From the NCBI GenBank assembly GCA_963792585.1, contig CAWBWI010000006.1, forward strand, positions 704,001 to 768,000: a stretch of 64,000 nucleotides of DNA, written 5' to 3'. Shown piece after piece: positions 37,408-47,819 of this stretch (within the stretch, counting starts at the first letter, position 1; each line of letters starts with the position of its first letter). Source of the stretch: Candidatus Eiseniibacteriota bacterium. GTDB lineage: Bacteria > Eisenbacteria > RBG-16-71-46 > CAIMUX01 > VGJL01. The notes beneath the pieces were generated by a model, which had not been told where the DNA came from, did not search any database, and saw nothing but the letters and a program-made list of their open reading frames with translations. The position numbers and the translations under genes are program-made.

Positions 37408-38463
37408 TCATTGGATCCGGATCAATTTCCTCAGGCTCACTCCGTCGATCGTCCGCAGGCGTGCAAAGTAGACGCCGGTCTGGACGTGGCGTGTGTGGTC
37501 GTCGAGACCATCCCACGACCAGACATGGGCGCCGGGAAGCCTCGCGGCATCGATCCGCCCCCGTACACGCCGTCCCGCCGCATCAAGGATCTCCAGCCGC
37601 ACCTCCCCTTCCGCAGCGGCCGGCGTCAGCCGGAAGCTGATCTCGGTTGACGCGCGAAACGGGTTGGGCGCGGCCGATTCGATCCTCGAGAGCGCCGCGA
37701 TCCCGGGCAGTCCCGTGTCGACCGCGGAGACAACGCCGCTGAGCAGCGCCCCTTGGATGATCCGCTTATTGCCGGTGGTCTGCTGGAGGAATACAAGCGC
37801 CCGAATATTGTGGAGATTCCAGTCCGGACCCGTGGGAATCGAGATGTGGACCGTCTCGACGTCCCCCGGAAGCGTAAGCTCGATCGGTTCATAGACGATT
37901 CCGCGCGCCACGCGGGGGAAGATCTCATCCCACGCCGGGACGGAGTCCTCCACCACGACCATGGTCGCGTGGAGGTCCGTGAGAAGCGCCAGATCGACGA
38001 GTCGGAACGCGGCATCGATGTGAATCTCAAACGGATCGGCGATGAATCCGCCCGTGATCTCCACCGGACTCACGCCGCCCGTCTCGGCGAGGCGTTCCTC
38101 CACGAGGTCACGAAGCGCCACATAGGTCTGCGTACAGCTTCCGATGCCGACATGGACCCGGCTGCCGTCGACCCGCACGTATGGATACTCGCTCAACCCG
38201 TACCAGTTCGCTCGGACCTCGGCCTCGGGGAGATAGAGTGGGTCGAACCCTGCCCAGTGCTCATCAATCCAGAACAACCGATCTGTACCGTACTCAAGCT
38301 CGAGCAATTCCAACCCGCACCGGGTGTCGTAGCAGGGCGGTCAGCCGAAGTAGTCCGCGAAGTGCTCGATGACGAGGAGTTTTGGCACTTCCGCCGTCGC
38401 AGCACCGGCTATCAGGGAGACGACAAGAAGGGTCAGCAGGGAAGCCACTGCTCTGCGAAGCAT
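37408..38463 (-). CDS. Candidate selenoprotein: secreted Omp28-like thioredoxin-fold protein (UxxC) with FlgD/T9SS-like C-terminal domain; UGA at 38341-38343
   Basis: Signal peptide ORF from ATG 38463 ends at TGA and continues in frame: 'KLLVIEHFADYFG-U-PPC'. Downstream Omp28-like motifs 'H...DP', 'R..WYG...YP....DG', 'VVVED', 'W...N....VFLQ....K.IIQ'. Confidence 0.8.
38311..38329 (-). promoter_or_regulatory. Putative bacterial SECIS element
   Basis: Stem ACCCG/CGGGU with GUG apical loop starting 21 nt after the UGA. Confidence 0.55.
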
Positions 38464-38768
38464 GGGGGCCCCTTTCTGCCGCTCGGCATGGTGGAGTTGC
38501 CTTGGTTTCGCGGCAGAAGGATGATAGCATGTCCGTCCCCGCATTGCCCGTGGAAGCGATGGGGGCCTGCGTCTCCCTGATATTGCGTCCGTATCGCGGC
38601 CGGGCTTGGCTGGATCCCGTTCATCGGCAGCCTGGCATCCCACGATCGGCTTCGTGGCATACATTCAGAAGGCACAGGTTTGGGATGGGACAATCAGACG
38701 GTTCCCATGGTTACTGCCGCCGGCGAAGCGTCCGACCTTCCTTGCCCCACCGTTTCGCATGAAACGAA

Positions 38769-38804
38769 GGGCGATCTTCTGTCAAAGCAGGGAGAAGATC
38801 GCCC
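38769..38804 (-). terminator. Intrinsic terminator-like hairpin after the BNR-repeat gene
   Basis: 12-bp perfect stem GGGCGATCTTCT/AGAAGATCGCCC followed by TTCGTTTC on the minus strand. Confidence 0.6.
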
Positions 38805-38840
38805 CACGGAATCAGAGGCTTGACCTAGGGTCGTTCCACC

Positions 38841-40296
38841 TCATCTCGCGAGAACCACCCGCCCCTTCATCACCCTTCCGCCCATCTCGATCCGGGTCAT
38901 GTAGACCCCCGACGGCAACGCTCGCCCCGCTCCGTCGCGTCCGTTCCATCGGATCTCATGCGAACCGGAAGGCTGCGATTCCTGCATGAAGCGGCGGACC
39001 AGCGCACCTGACGGATCGAAAATCTCCAGCGCGACTGACGCCGCCAACGGGAGGTCATACCAAATGACAACCTGTCCCGCGCTGGGATTTGGACCCGCAG
39101 ACAGGAGCCTCGGGGCCACCCCGGTTGGATTCTCATCTTCTTCTGCTCCCGCATTGCCCGTCGCGCCGCGCTTGCAGTAAATCTCCCAGTTCTGATCGCG
39201 ATCGTCGTGCCAGACGACGTGCACGTAAGCCCCGGAAACCGCCACCGATGGTTCCCTCGATTCGGAGAGATTGTCGGTCAGTCTCGCCTCCGGCTCCCAG
39301 GTCGTGCCGCCATCCAGCGAATCCTTGTAGTAGATCTCGGATGTGTCGCCGTTGCGGTTGTCCGGCCAGACCGCATGCACATGTGAACCTGCGACTGCTA
39401 CTGACGGATACCATGAGGCAGAAGCTTCGGCGAGCTCCACCATCCGTTTCCCAGGTCATCCCATTGTCAATGGAACGCGTGTAGTAGATCTTGGGGTCCC
39501 CAAAGCGGAAATCCGCATACACGACATGGACGATGGCATCCGAAACCGCCACCGAGGCAAACTGCGACGGCGTCGACACGATGCTCCTGTCCGTCTCCCA
39601 AGTCACACCATCATCGAGTGATCGCGTGTAATAGATCTGAGGACCTCCCCGCGTGTCCATCCATGTCACATGCACGATCGTTCCAGAAACCGCGATCGAT
39701 GCGAGGTTCTTGCCTGCCGGCGGAGCGGCCGGCGTGATATTCCTCGCCGTTTCCCACGTCGTGCCGTTGTCCGTAGAACGCGTATAGTAGATTTGAGGCC
39801 CAGCGCTCATGTCGGTCCACGCGACATGAACGACCGCACCGCATACCGCCACCGAAGGATGATATCCCACACCCGCCGTGGGTGTGAGGCACACATCCGG
39901 TCCCCACGTCCGACCGTTGTCTAGCGATTGCTTGTAGAATATCCTAGGCGGTCCGATGCGACCGTCATACCATACCACGTGGATAACTGAATCACGAACC
40001 GCCACCGAGGGGCGTTCGGACCAGGACACATCCGCCGTGAGACGCGTATCCGCTCCCCACGTTGTCCCGCTGTCCGTGGAGCTCTTGTAATAAATCTCGG
40101 TGTTGCCATCGCGATCATCGTGCCACACAGCATGGATCGTAGCGCCCGCGGCCGCCACACACCTGGCATTGTTGAAAGAAGTCACGGAAGCATAGGAATT
40201 GTCCGTCAGCCGCACTTCCGGCTCCCATTGTGCAAATGCCGTGAGCGGTGCCAACACGCATATGGCCAACGGCAGCAGACAACTGGTCTTGCGCAT
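38841..40296 (-). pseudogene. Secreted BNR/Asp-box (sialidase-like) repeat protein with FlgD/T9SS-like tail, frameshifted at ~39441
   Basis: Repeats 'S.AV....VHV.W.D.R.G...IYY..S.D.G.TW' continue across two frames; removing one G restores 'WETDVELAEAS'. Confidence 0.8.
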
Positions 40297-40916
40297 TTCT
40301 ACCTGCCTTTCGGTTTGTGTGCCAAGTGCCACATTGCTATCGGTGCCATTGCGCGTGGTCGAGACGGTATGCCCATCAGGAAGGTCTACAATTCGAAGAT
40401 CTGCTTGACCTTTGCGATCTCTATTCGACCATTTTCGCGTCTTGCGCATGATGTTTCCGCAAATGAATAGCAGACGAGCATTGGTGCTCCGGGATCGCAA
40501 CCCGGCACGATCGCGCATTCTCTGATCACCGCAGCCCGGCGACAATCCGCTCTAGAGAAGTCGCAAGGAATATAGGCCCGATAGGCCAGGGTTGTCCAAC
40601 TGCATCTTGGAATGAGAGGGATGCGTCAATCTAATGGGGCTTGATGCTCCAGTGCAGAGGATATCGGCGATTGGATCTGCCCTCAGTCGGGCGGCGCGAT
40701 CCCTCGCGGGACCGGACAGTCCTTCTCCAATCCGAGATGGTTGCGGTATCTGTGGTCGTACTCGAGATCGCCTCGGAGCGCGCGTCGGGGACAGGGTGAT
40801 CGGCCGGGACGTGATCGCCGTCCACCCGGCTCGTCCCGCACGTGAAATCATGTCGACGCTGCCAACGAACTTGCCCTACAGTGTTGCGCGTCGGATCTAG
40901 CCACAGGAGGAGGCCG

Positions 40917-41393
40917 ATGGAGGGTCGCCGAATCTCGAAGCCACTCAGGATCGTCCTGCTCGCCGCCGGTGCCCTGATCATCGTAGGCGTCACTCTCGGC
41001 ATCGTCTGGTGGAAGGAAATCAACAGGCTCTCCCCCGGGAGTCTCGCTGTGTTTGCCGCGGAGATTCAGGCTGCCCGCCGCGACAACATGATCAGCACGG
41101 CCGACATCGACCTGCTCGAGGAATTGCAGGCGATTGCAGCTTCAAAGGAATCGTCCCTATGCGGACGGAGTCTCAGCATCGTGGTTGGGTCGACTCCCTT
41201 GCTAAACGGTTCAATCTCGGATGGTGATCGTCGAGACATCGAGTTGGTGCGAGACTTCCTGCTGCCGAAGAACGGAAATCTGTCCGGAAGAGAATTTGCG
41301 GCATTCCTCCGTTCAAACCCACGGATCGGCGAGACGTATAGGGCGTATAGATCCACCGTTGAGCAGGCGATTGCCCGTCGGCGGCAGACCTAG
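40917..41393 (+). CDS. Hypothetical protein with one N-terminal TM helix
   Basis: AGGAGGAGG RBS; TM segment; its stop TAG lies inside the IS target duplication. Confidence 0.7.
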   Translation: MEGRRISKPLRIVLLAAGALIIVGVTLGIVWWKEINRLSPGSLAVFAAEIQAARRDNMISTADIDLLEELQAIAASKESSLCGRSLSIVVGSTPLLNGSISDGDRRDIELVRDFLLPKNGNLSGREFAAFLRSNPRIGETYRAYRSTVEQAIARRRQT

Positions 41394-43108
41394 CCCGCAT
41401 TTCTCACCAGGTGTAGGAAGAAGCTGATCGAGGGGCGTGCCGGAGGACGATGGATCCTCTCTCGCGCCCCTCGTCGCGCATCCGCCGTTCGATTCCCGAT
41501 CATGAGACCGGAATCTGGCGTCCTGGGAGGTGCGCCAGTCCGCCCGAGGCAGACTCCTCCCTTGTCTCCGTAATCGACGCGGATCTTTGGTGTTCGGGGA
41601 CCTTCGGGGATTAGCCTGGACTCGGATCGTGTCGTAGGTTTTCCATCACTTGGCGGAACAGGTCGGCATGTGGATAGCCGCTGGCCATCCGGAAACGGAT
41701 CCGGCGGACACTCACCGCGATGAGGGCGCCGATCTTCAGGAGTTTCAGACGGATCGTCCCGCACTGAGCTCGCGCCAGTTCCGTTCCCCGCAGTCCGACG
41801 CGCCGCAGGTACTGCAGCAGGACGTAGGCAAAGCTCGAGAAATAGAGTCGCAACTGATTCGACCGCATGCTGGTCGCGCTCGTCCGGTCGGCAAACAGAT
41901 CCAGCTGTTGTTCTTTGATCCGGTTCTCCATCTCGCCGCGGGCGCAGTAGATGGCTTCGTAGAGATCCCGGGCTGGTGCCGATTCAAGAGAGGTCACCAC
42001 GAATCTCGGATTGCTCCCCTTCTCCAGATGCTCCGCTTTCCCTACCACCCGTCGAGATCGACTCCAGCTCTCTCGGGTCCGGTAAAGGAAGTCCCGGAAG
42101 AATCGGGCAGGCTTTCCTGTCCGGCCATAGCGTTTCAGGGCCCGTTTCAACTCCCGGGCAATCTTGCGGATCAACCGAGAGTTCTTCGCCAACCCAAAGA
42201 CGTAGTCGACGCCCTGTTCCTCACACCAAACCATGATCTCTTCCCGTGCAAAGCCTGAATCCGCACGCAAGACGATCTGGGTTCTCGGCCACCGCTGCCA
42301 GATCTGATGAATGATGGGCGCCAACTCCTTGACAGTCCCCGCAGAGGCATCGATGTTCGACGGCCGCAATCGGGCCAGGAGCAGGTGCTCCCCGCAGAAA
42401 GCGTAGAGCGGCAGAAAGCAGTAGTGCCCGTAGTAGCCGTGGAAGAACCGCTCCTCCTGGGATCCGTGCACCGGGTCATCCGTAGCGTCCAGATCCAGAA
42501 TGATCTGTCGAGGGGCGTGATCGTAGGACTCCAGGAACAGATCCACCAGCAATCGGTCGAGCTTTCCAGAGTCGTAGGCGATCCGGTGATAACGATCCCG
42601 CTCGGTGGGAGGAGTGTGCTCCAACCGATTCAGAGTGCTCTTGCCGGCCAGGGCGCAGCCCCGGTCCCGCTCTCGGACCCGATCCTGGCCATCCGGGTCG
42701 GTCTTGCCCACCAGAACGGCAAGCAGGGGATCCCGACGGAGCTGATCGTGGTCGTTGAGGTCCTCGTAGCCGAGGGCCAGGCCATAAATCCTCTGGGCAA
42801 TCAGACCGTCGAGGGAATGCTCAGCCCGGGCAGGATCACGGGCGTCGGTGAAGCAGGAGGCGATCCGCTCCATCATCCGCGTGGTGGAAGCGATCTCTCG
42901 AAGCAGGAGGCCGCCCGCGTCGCTAGTCACATGACCCGCGTCGAAAGCGGCCTCTACGATTCGACGACCAAGGGGTTGGAACGCGAGTTGAGCGGAGTTA
43001 CAGTGTGTCTGCATCGGGCGGACCTCATGATTCGTTGTAGGTGCGTAGACAACACCCTTTTAACGAATCTGTCCGCCCGTTGCTATTCCCCTTGGTGAGA
43101 AATCCGGG
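41394..43108 (-). mobile_element. Complete IS1380-family insertion sequence (1715 bp)
   Basis: Terminal IRs CCCGCATTTCTCACCA / TGGTGAGAAATCCGGG (15/16 match); CTAG on both sides (41390-41393, 43109-43112). Confidence 0.95.
41611..43014 (-). CDS. tnp: IS1380 family DDE transposase
   Basis: 'TSDAG.LLL', 'GYEDLNDH..LR.DP', 'LDLDATDDP.HG.QE', 'RADSGF', 'Y.ARGEMENRIKE'. Confidence 0.96.
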   Translation of the reverse strand: MQTHCNSAQLAFQPLGRRIVEAAFDAGHVTSDAGGLLLREIASTTRMMERIASCFTDARDPARAEHSLDGLIAQRIYGLALGYEDLNDHDQLRRDPLLAVLVGKTDPDGQDRVRERDRGCALAGKSTLNRLEHTPPTERDRYHRIAYDSGKLDRLLVDLFLESYDHAPRQIILDLDATDDPVHGSQEERFFHGYYGHYCFLPLYAFCGEHLLLARLRPSNIDASAGTVKELAPIIHQIWQRWPRTQIVLRADSGFAREEIMVWCEEQGVDYVFGLAKNSRLIRKIARELKRALKRYGRTGKPARFFRDFLYRTRESWSRSRRVVGKAEHLEKGSNPRFVVTSLESAPARDLYEAIYCARGEMENRIKEQQLDLFADRTSATSMRSNQLRLYFSSFAYVLLQYLRRVGLRGTELARAQCGTIRLKLLKIGALIAVSVRRIRFRMASGYPHADLFRQVMENLRHDPSPG

Positions 43109-43682
43109 CTAGAACGTCCCGCCTCCATGATTCGCCCCATACGTCCGTAACCTGTCGCACCCCGTTCCGGGATCGACACGTTGTGTGCGTGACCTCCCTC
43201 CCCGCGCCGAGAGCATCGAGTTTCGGCGGGAGCATGACGACCCGGCGGCCCAGAGCGGAGTCCTTCCCCAACGGCTCACTCTCGCTGACAGCGACGCCGC
43301 CGCAAGAACCTTCGGAGCCGGGCGATCCTCCTCCCACACGACGAGGAACCGCCCAGCTCCTTGGGTGACGCAGGAGGGAGCCCGCGTCGGCACCGTTGAA
43401 CGCCATCTCGTATCCGCGTTCCCCCATTTCGCAAGCGGCTGGGCTAGACTGGGGATCCATCGGGGCGGCTCCGGTGAATAGTCGATTCGATGGCTCGTTC
43501 TGATACGCCCTTCCGACGCGCGGATCCGGGTCTCAATCGCGCCCGTCACCGGAGGCCGAAGCCTCGCAACCGCGCGTTAGGCTTATGCTTGGCCTACGGC
43601 TGGCCAAGAGAGACCCCATTGTTGGACCCGGCCCGGGACAGGGCCGGGACGCGGCCGGGACCTCAAAGCAGGATCGAGGCAG

Positions 43683-43988
43683 ATGGTCAAGCACATCGTC
43701 TTCTGGACTCTGAAGGACTCGGCGCTGGGGCGCCCCAAGGCCGAGAACGCCCGCCTGATGAAAGAGAAGCTGGAGGGGCTCGAGGGGCTCGTCCCGGGTC
43801 TCCTCCACGCCGAGGTTGGCATCGATTTCGGCGGGGGCGATCAGTCGTACGATATCGCCCTTTATGCGGAGTTCGACTCGCGGGAGAGTCTGCGCGGGTA
43901 TCATGACCATCCCGCCCACCTCGCGGCGGTTTCGTTTATCCGCGAGGTGCGTGAGCGGCGTTGCGTCGTCGACTATGAGCTGGAATAG
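43683..43988 (+). CDS. Dabb (stress-responsive A/B barrel) protein
   Basis: 'MVKHIVFW.LK', 'Y..HP.H', 'VVDYE'. Confidence 0.9.
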   Translation: MVKHIVFWTLKDSALGRPKAENARLMKEKLEGLEGLVPGLLHAEVGIDFGGGDQSYDIALYAEFDSRESLRGYHDHPAHLAAVSFIREVRERRCVVDYELE

Positions 43989-44001
43989 AAGGAGGCCATC
44001 G

Positions 44002-44364
44002 GTGCCTACATTGATACCGGCCCCCACGGTCATCCAGGCTGCGGGGAACAAGCCGAAGCGGATCGAGGAGTTCGTCGGTCAAGTGAACACGGCGCAGGCG
44101 CACGTGAGCGTCGCGCGCATGGTTTCGCCGGAGGGATGGCAGGAGCCCGGGCAGCGGCCCGAGTTCGAGGAGATCACCATCGTCCTTCGCGGGACGCTGC
44201 GCGTCGAGCACGAGGGTGGATCCTTCGACGTGTGCGCGGGACAGGCGGTGTGGGCCGCCCCCTACGAGTGGGTTCGCTACAGCACGCCGGAGGCAGGCGG
44301 CGCCGAGTATGTGGCGGTCTGCCTGCCGGCCTTCACACCCGAGACGGTGCACCGGGATGCCTAG
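44002..44364 (+). CDS. Cupin domain protein
   Basis: 'GNKPK.IEE.VG.VN', 'W.EPGQ.PEF.E.T.VL.G', 'VRYSTP', 'AVCLPAF.P.TVHRD'; GTG start after AAGGAGG. Confidence 0.88.
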   Translation: MPTLIPAPTVIQAAGNKPKRIEEFVGQVNTAQAHVSVARMVSPEGWQEPGQRPEFEEITIVLRGTLRVEHEGGSFDVCAGQAVWAAPYEWVRYSTPEAGGAEYVAVCLPAFTPETVHRDA

Positions 44365-45223
44365 GACTCCACCGGAAGGGGCGCCCGGCGGCCCCCCCGC
44401 GCGGGGCGCTCCCGCCACGATCCAGTCGGTCGCGCCGACCGTCTGCGCGTTAATGGGGATCGCGCCACCGGCGATCTGCTCGGCCCCCCCGCTCGATGCG
44501 GTCCTCGGCGCCGCACGTTCGGCCGTCGGAGATGCGGCAATCACGCGCTGCCTGATCTACGCGCCGGATGCGATGGGAGAACATCTCCTACGGGTCGACC
44601 CGTCCTTCTTCGAGGCGGCCCTGCGCGTCGCGCCGATCCGCGCGCGCCTCCGGTCGGTCACTCCCCCGAAGACCCCGGTCTGCTTCGCATCGATGTTCAC
44701 GGGGGCCGAACCCGCCGCCCACGGCATCCGTCGCTATGAAAGGCCGGTGCTGCGCGCCGACACGCTCTTCGATGCGCTGATCCGTGCGGGCAAGAAGGTC
44801 GCCATCGTCGCGGTCACTGACTGCAGCGTCGACATTATCTTCCGCGAACGGGCAATCGACTACTTCACCGAGCCGTACGACGGTGAGGTGACCGCTCGTG
44901 CGTGTGAACTCATCGAGGCGGACCGGCATGACCTCGTCCTCGCCTATCACCAGGAGTACGACGACCGGCTCCACGAGACGGAGCCATTCGCGCCGAGGGC
45001 CTTCCTGGCGGCGCGCACGCACATCGATTCCTTTGTGAAACTCTCCGCAGCCATCGACGAGCACTGGTCGTCGCACGTCCGGGCGATCCTGTTCACACCG
45101 GATCACGGCGCTCATTGCGATCCGACGACCGGCAGGGGCGCTCACGGAGAAGACTCCGCCGAGGACATGGAAGTCGGCCACTTTTACGGGATCCGCCCGG
45201 GAAGGACCCCGGACCACGCCTGA
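44357..45223 (+). CDS. Alkaline phosphatase superfamily (phosphodiesterase-like) protein
   Basis: 'YAPDA.G', 'SV.PPKTPVCFASMFTG..P..HG', 'EYDD..H', 'DHG.H', 'HG'. Confidence 0.8.
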   Translation: MPRTPPEGAPGGPPARGAPATIQSVAPTVCALMGIAPPAICSAPPLDAVLGAARSAVGDAAITRCLIYAPDAMGEHLLRVDPSFFEAALRVAPIRARLRSVTPPKTPVCFASMFTGAEPAAHGIRRYERPVLRADTLFDALIRAGKKVAIVAVTDCSVDIIFRERAIDYFTEPYDGEVTARACELIEADRHDLVLAYHQEYDDRLHETEPFAPRAFLAARTHIDSFVKLSAAIDEHWSSHVRAILFTPDHGAHCDPTTGRGAHGEDSAEDMEVGHFYGIRPGRTPDHA

Positions 45224-45310
45224 GCGCTGATGCGTCTTTCTCGCCGGATGCTATGATAAAGGCGGGGTCGGTGACGTATTACACGCCGTGGGCCTGCGGG
45301 AGGAATCGCC

Positions 45311-45793
45311 TTGGTGGAGATCCGCGAGTATCGCGAAGCCGACTGGGATGGGCTCTGCAGGGTCCACGATCTCGCCCGACCGATGGAGCTGGTCGGCTCG
45401 TGCGATCCCCGTGGCTTCATCCCGCTCGCCGAGGACCCCGAGGCTGCGGACCTCAAGCGCTGCCGCCTTCTCGTCGCCTGCGATGGGGGGACGGTCGTCG
45501 GGTTCGTGGGAACCAATGACGACTACCTCGCGTGGCTCTATGTCGACCCGGCCTACCACGGTCGCGGCATCGGACGCGCGCTCCTGCGCCGCGCGCTCGC
45601 CGGCATGGGCCCGACGGCATGGACGATCTCGCTCGAGGGCAATACCCGCGCGCTCCGCCTCTACCAGAGCGAGGGCTTCGAGATCGTCCGCACCTTTCAG
45701 GGCGACAATGCGGGATACCCTTGCACCTGCCACCGACTCGAGAGGAGCATCGTGGGGTCACCGCCGGACAACAAGGGCAGAGGGGAGGTCTGA
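45311..45793 (+). CDS. GNAT acetyltransferase
   Basis: 'LYVDPAYHGRGIGRALL', 'N.RA..LY...GF'. Confidence 0.9.
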   Translation: MVEIREYREADWDGLCRVHDLARPMELVGSCDPRGFIPLAEDPEAADLKRCRLLVACDGGTVVGFVGTNDDYLAWLYVDPAYHGRGIGRALLRRALAGMGPTAWTISLEGNTRALRLYQSEGFEIVRTFQGDNAGYPCTCHRLERSIVGSPPDNKGRGEV

Positions 45794-45794
45794 C

Positions 45795-46145
45795 GTGCGG
45801 ATCATCGACTTCTCGGCCGAGCGAGCGCGCGCGATCACCGGATTCTCGAGCAACGGCGCGACCAGCGTCCATTGCGGGGACGGCGAGGGCCACGCCCACA
45901 TCTATTACCTGCGCTTCGAGCCCGGCGGGATGATCGGCCCGCACCCTGCCGGCTACGACCAGTTGCTCCTCGTCGTGACCGGCTCCGGTTGGGCCGCCGG
46001 GAAAGATGGAACGCGCAGCGCTCTCACGGAAGGACAGGCTGCGTACTTCAAGTGCGGCGAGATCCACTCCAAGGGAAGCGATTCCGGAATGACGGCGATC
46101 ATGGTGCAGGCAAGCGAGTTGCTGCCGGTGATTCCGGCTTCCTGA
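45795..46145 (+). CDS. Cupin domain protein
   Basis: 'GG.IG.H.A...QL..VV.G.GW', 'GE.H..GS..G'. Confidence 0.85.
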   Translation: MRIIDFSAERARAITGFSSNGATSVHCGDGEGHAHIYYLRFEPGGMIGPHPAGYDQLLLVVTGSGWAAGKDGTRSALTEGQAAYFKCGEIHSKGSDSGMTAIMVQASELLPVIPAS

Positions 46146-46209
46146 GTCACCATGGGCATGGGTGCGACCGGCGAGCCGCCCTCGCATCCGTCCACGAAGG
46201 AGAATGGCC

Positions 46210-46698
46210 ATGAACGTCCCTGCCGATCCGAAACGGGAGCTGCTGCGCCACCTCGTCGCGACGATCAGCTATCGCGGCGGCAAGGCCTTCCGCGACCCAC
46301 CGCCGGGTTTCGCGTCGTTCGGAGTCGGAGGTGGAACACGCGATGCCATCGGGATCCTCGCCCACATCGACGATCTACTGGAGTGGAGCCTGCGGCTCGC
46401 GAACGGCGAGCGCGCGTGGCGCCCGCAGCCGGAGGTCGCCTGGGATGCGGGCGTGGCGCGCTTCTACGCGGCCCTCGCGGCGCTCGACGCCCACCTCGCA
46501 TCCCCCGGGCCGCTGCAGTTCGGAATCGAGGAGATGATCCAGGGACCGATCGCCGACGTCTTCACGCATATCGGCCAGATCTCCCTTCTGCGGCGATGCG
46601 CAGGGTCCGCGGTTCGCGCCGAGGTGATGATCCTATCGAAGATCCAGGCGGGCCGCGTCGGTCCCGACCAGGAGCCTCCGGTGCGCGAGTTCGATTGA
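46210..46698 (+). CDS. Hypothetical protein, DinB-like four-helix fold
   Basis: 'LLRH.VAT..YR', 'ILAH..DL..W', 'QGPIAD..THIGQI.LLRR'. Confidence 0.7.
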   Translation: MNVPADPKRELLRHLVATISYRGGKAFRDPPPGFASFGVGGGTRDAIGILAHIDDLLEWSLRLANGERAWRPQPEVAWDAGVARFYAALAALDAHLASPGPLQFGIEEMIQGPIADVFTHIGQISLLRRCAGSAVRAEVMILSKIQAGRVGPDQEPPVREFD

Positions 46699-46738
46699 GG
46701 CCCGGTGGCGTGTGCAGAAGGCGGGAGATCGCGAGTCG

Positions 46739-47365
46739 ATGAACGGCAAGCTCTGTCCGAAGATCATCCTCGAGGGGACCCGCTTGACCCTGAAGACCGA
46801 GATCGCCTTCGCCCTCAACGAGCACCCGCGGATTGTCGGACCGCGCAAGTATCGTTACCACTCCCCCTTGATCTCCGCCGAGTGGTGCGCGTTCACGAAC
46901 TTCCCGTGGGGTCGGGGCCCCATCAATTACGAGCATGCCGAGGAAGCGATGGCGATGGAGACATACGCCACCTGGGTGCGACTATTCGAGCTGCAGCGGT
47001 ATTACTCATGGATCATCGATCGCTTTCACGTTTCCACCCAGGCATACCAGCTGCGCAATCGCGCGAATCGGGTCGATTTCGCATGGCTCGAGGAGCGACT
47101 CCTGCCTCTCGGCTTCCGTCACGTCCTCTGCGTGCGAAGCACGGAGTCATTCGCGGCGGCCCGCGCAGCGCGCCTCCGGGTTTCGGGGAATCCATCGCAA
47201 TACGATGACCTGCAAGCGATCGTCGACGAGCAGGAGACCTTCCGGAGTCTGATCGATGCTTCCGCGTTGCCCAGTGTGACGATCGATGTGTCGGATGATG
47301 ATGTCGGGGGCGCCGCCGATCGGATCGCCGATTGGCTCGAGCGGACCGGCGGGCTCTACGCCTGA
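46739..47365 (+). CDS. Thymidylate-kinase-like protein with atypical P-loop
   Basis: 'IILEGTRLTLKT' at the Walker A position; 'IIDRFHVSTQAYQ' matches the TMK DR..S..AYQ motif. Confidence 0.6.
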   Translation: MNGKLCPKIILEGTRLTLKTEIAFALNEHPRIVGPRKYRYHSPLISAEWCAFTNFPWGRGPINYEHAEEAMAMETYATWVRLFELQRYYSWIIDRFHVSTQAYQLRNRANRVDFAWLEERLLPLGFRHVLCVRSTESFAAARAARLRVSGNPSQYDDLQAIVDEQETFRSLIDASALPSVTIDVSDDDVGGAADRIADWLERTGGLYA

Positions 47366-47422
47366 AGCGCAAGGGTGCTATAGTTCTGACCATTCACGGC
47401 CCTTGTCGGAAAGGAGACGAAG

Positions 47423-47803
47423 ATGAGTACGCCGCAAGCTCCCCCGATCGGCGCGATCGCCTGGCGGGATCTGACCGTGACAAATGCGGAGGGCATCCGA
47501 GACTTCTATTGCCAGGTCGTCGGCTGGACGGCGACGGCCCACCCCATGGGCGAGTACGAGGATTACGTGATCCATTCCGCCGACAACGCGACGCCCGTCG
47601 CCGGGATCTGTCATGCGCGCGGAGTGAACACGAAGATTCCTCCGCAATGGCTCATGTACGTCCACGTCGCCAATGTCGATGAGAGCGCGCACAAGTGCGT
47701 CGAGCTGGGCGGTCGCGTGATCGACGGACCCCGTGAGATGGGGAGCCTGCGCTTTTGCGTGATCCAGGACCCCGCCGGGGCGATCATGGCGATCATCGCC
47801 TGA
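47423..47803 (+). CDS. VOC/glyoxalase family protein
   Basis: 'W.DLTV..A....DFY..V.GW', 'W..Y..V.NVD', 'IQDPAGA'. Confidence 0.9.
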   Translation: MSTPQAPPIGAIAWRDLTVTNAEGIRDFYCQVVGWTATAHPMGEYEDYVIHSADNATPVAGICHARGVNTKIPPQWLMYVHVANVDESAHKCVELGGRVIDGPREMGSLRFCVIQDPAGAIMAIIA

Positions 47804-47819
47804 TTGCCGGGAGACGATC

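Noticed and set aside
40300..40900. Short ORFs or a possible IS-end remnant in the intergenic region
   Set aside because: No recognisable motifs, RBS or terminal repeats.
43113..43550. ORFs right of the IS with fragments such as MAFNGAD and FLVVWEEDR
   Set aside because: Fragments lie in different frames with no coherent ORF; possibly a decayed repeat-protein gene but not supportable.
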